The notes below the pieces were generated by a model. The model searched no databases. It saw only the letters and a list, made by a program, of their open reading frames with translations, and was not told where the DNA came from. A DNA stretch of 64,000 nt from the NCBI GenBank assembly GCA_030704615.1, contig CM060731.1, forward strand, positions 42,222,001-42,286,000, given 5' to 3'. A program made the position numbers and the translations under genes. This DNA comes from Takakia lepidozioides. Taxonomy: Eukaryota; Plantae; Bryophyta. Below, piece by piece: positions 61,760 through 64,000 of this stretch (positions are counted from its first letter, which is position 1; each line of letters opens with the position of its first letter).

Positions 61760-63830
61760 ATAACTCCTCCAACCTCTTCTGCCCACTCTTATCAGACCCA
61801 ATCAAACGGGATTTATCAAGGGCCGTTATATCATGGATAACCTTTTTTTGGCTCAAGAGATTCCAAACTACGCAAAAAAAAAAAAACCAAGCCATAGCCC
61901 TTCTTCTACTAGACTTTGAAAAAGCGTTTGACAGGGTAGAGTGGTCCTTTTTGCTTGCTGCAATGGCAAAAATTGGGTTTCCACAATCCTTCACTCAATG
62001 GGTCAGATTTTGCTTTCAACATCCACCAGTAGAATCACGGTTAATGGGGCACTGTCCAAGCCCTTTCCCCTTCAGAGGTCAATTTGGCAAGGCTGTCCAC
62101 TGTCCCCATTTCTATTCCTCATAGTAGCGGACACCCTGGGGTATGCCCTCGAACACAACGCCCAATTGGTCGGGCTTAGAGTCAACAACTATATCACACA
62201 ACAACCAGCACAGGTCAAGGATTCGATGTATGTAGATGACACTTTTTTGATCCTGCAAGCCTGCTCTCAGAACCTGGATAGAGCCGCGGAGACAACAATG
62301 GCTGGGGAAATTGCAGGCAGGACCGATTTGGCCTTCTTACAACTATTGGGCACTCACAATCCTCAACAACATGCTGACAGTGTTTTTTGTTAGCCAGACC
62401 ACTTTGAACAACCATGTCGTACATACCTTCAGCATTGACACTGTCACACTTGTTCTCCACCTGACTTCAACCCAATCGATGGTTCTCCCCCCATCTCCAC
62501 TAACACCGATCAGAGTATGTTGTTGGACATCTGCTCCAAGAGAGATGGATCCACAGCCGCCACCAGTGATTTCCCTTGTTGCCTGGCTAACAACCAACAC
62601 GTTCATATGGATACTGGGTAGGCCCTTGGCGGAGCTGCAGTTTGATCCCTCAGAATGGACATGGAATTTTGGTAGGCAACTAGAGCCTTTTTTGTCATAC
62701 ACAACCAAACAGGGATACAAAGCATTACTAAATGCTCAACCACTCAAAACCAAATGGGAGGCTAGGTAGGAGCACCATGGCTTCAGGGATGAAAACTGGA
62801 CATCAATATGGAGGTCGGTATGGCACAAATCGAGACCAGCGAAGATGTCTGCATTTCTTTGGCAACTAGCTAACAAAGTCCTCAAAGTAGGCGAATGGTT
62901 GCAGTTTCTGGATGCCCTCTTATGTGCTTGTTGTGCAACATGAATCATAGAAAGCTTGGAGCATTGCCTCCTTCACTATCATGCATCAGCAACAGTATGG
63001 CCACTTATCAAAACCTTTTACTCAAATTGGAACCCCAGGCACCTCTCTGATGTTGATCTTCTTCTAAACTATGATACCAGTACCAAAATCACGGCGGTTG
63101 TTTGTCCTGTCTTTGAAACACTTAGGGGTAGCACCCTGTGGCATCTGTGGAAAGCAAGATGCACAAAAACCCTTTATGGAGAAACAACTACTACCTCTGC
63201 TCTTCTCGCTTGTGTTTTTAACGATCTTGGTACTGAATCCAGGAAGGCATGGGCCAAGTTACGTACAGATATCAAACGGAAGCCTCGAATCGCAGCTGCC
63301 AGCCATCATAAGTTCTGCTCCACCTGGGGGAATCAGGGCCTCATCTTCTACAGTGAATCCCCAGACTCCTGCATTTGGTCCAACCTGCCACCTCCCTCAT
63401 GGAGGGGACTTCGTGCAACACTCCACCGCATCTCCTGAGTTTGAAAGGGACATTAACATCTTAAGTGTTCCACAAAAGCCTCACGGCTTCGCTATACCCA
63501 GGGATAGGTAGCCTCGGTCAATATTCAAGAAGACACTTTTAATGCCCACATAACTGCTTTATTATTCCGACAATCTAGACTTACTTTAAGGTCTAGGATT
63601 ATGGTCCATACAAATCGGTAGGAACTGATAAGGACGCTAGTTCGATTCCAGTCAAGTCAGTTTCGACAGATTCCCTTTACAAGGGGTCAAGGCTCATTCT
63701 TTCACTGAATACGGTGTGTGTGCCTCATGGTGTAAAAGGGGTTTTAATTTTTTCCCCCGAATAATTTGCAATAAACCTATCCAGGGCCTCTGTCCCTGTT
63801 CTTAATAATAATAATAATAATAATAATAAA
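61760..63830 (+). mobile_element. 5'-truncated, internally deleted L1-type LINE (RT + C-terminal zinc-binding region) with (AAT)n tail
   Basis: QTGFIKGRYIMDN, LDFEKAFDRV, QGCPLSPFLF, YVDD, deletion at ~62290, AFLWQL..ESLEHCL..LWHLWKARC; (AAT)n at ~63804-63830. Confidence 0.88.
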
Positions 63831-63905
63831 AACTAGTAAATTCGAAGATCAGTTTTGTAATATCACAAATCAATATTTATTTGTATTTTATGGAACAGGG
63901 GCGGT

Positions 63906-63976
63906 GCCCTGGCAGAACTTTATTTAGAATTATTTGAAGGGATTTAATTCACACATCAATAAAGTTCTGCCAGGGC
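63906..63976. repeat. Perfect 19-bp inverted repeat (hairpin / tiny MITE-like)
   Basis: GCCCTGGCAGAACTTTATT ... AATAAAGTTCTGCCAGGGC with 33-nt spacer. Confidence 0.8.
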
Positions 63977-64000
63977 TTCTGTATAAATAAATAAATATGA

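Overview
Eukaryotic, TE-saturated heterochromatin-like window. The TE complement (self-priming chromovirus, Sola-type transposase, GT-AG introns, many C-to-T nonsense changes) suggests a non-seed land plant such as a bryophyte; that assignment is inference. No ordinary host gene is recognisable. From left to right: (i) a decayed minus-strand L1-type LINE interrupted by an 827-bp CACTA element; (ii) a full-length but mutated Ty3/Gypsy chromovirus (9358-15713, TSD GTCGG) inserted in a ~450-bp tandem repeat; (iii) a putative giant TIR transposon (17047-61010, 27-bp TIRs, near-perfect 5-bp TSD) with a Sola-type DDD transposase and cargo ORFs (two FCP1/NIF-like phosphatase domains, a possible methyltransferase-fold remnant, orphan ORFs), heavily nested with LTR elements and rearranged by an LTR-mediated 5.3-kb inversion; (iv) nested inside it, an 11.4-kb Mutator-like element (38216-49575, 11-bp TSD) with a frameshifted GCM-like/MULE/SWIM transposase and, divergently, an apparently intact 9-exon ~1080-aa gene fusing a ParB/Srx-like domain to a beta-class N6-adenine/N4-cytosine DNA methyltransferase-like domain, whose introns carry arrays of a 20-bp palindrome; (v) a 5'-truncated LINE with an (AAT)n tail. 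The MULE-borne ParB-MTase plus palindrome array is the best candidate for an undescribed system. All domain calls are by-eye motif recognition, not database searches.
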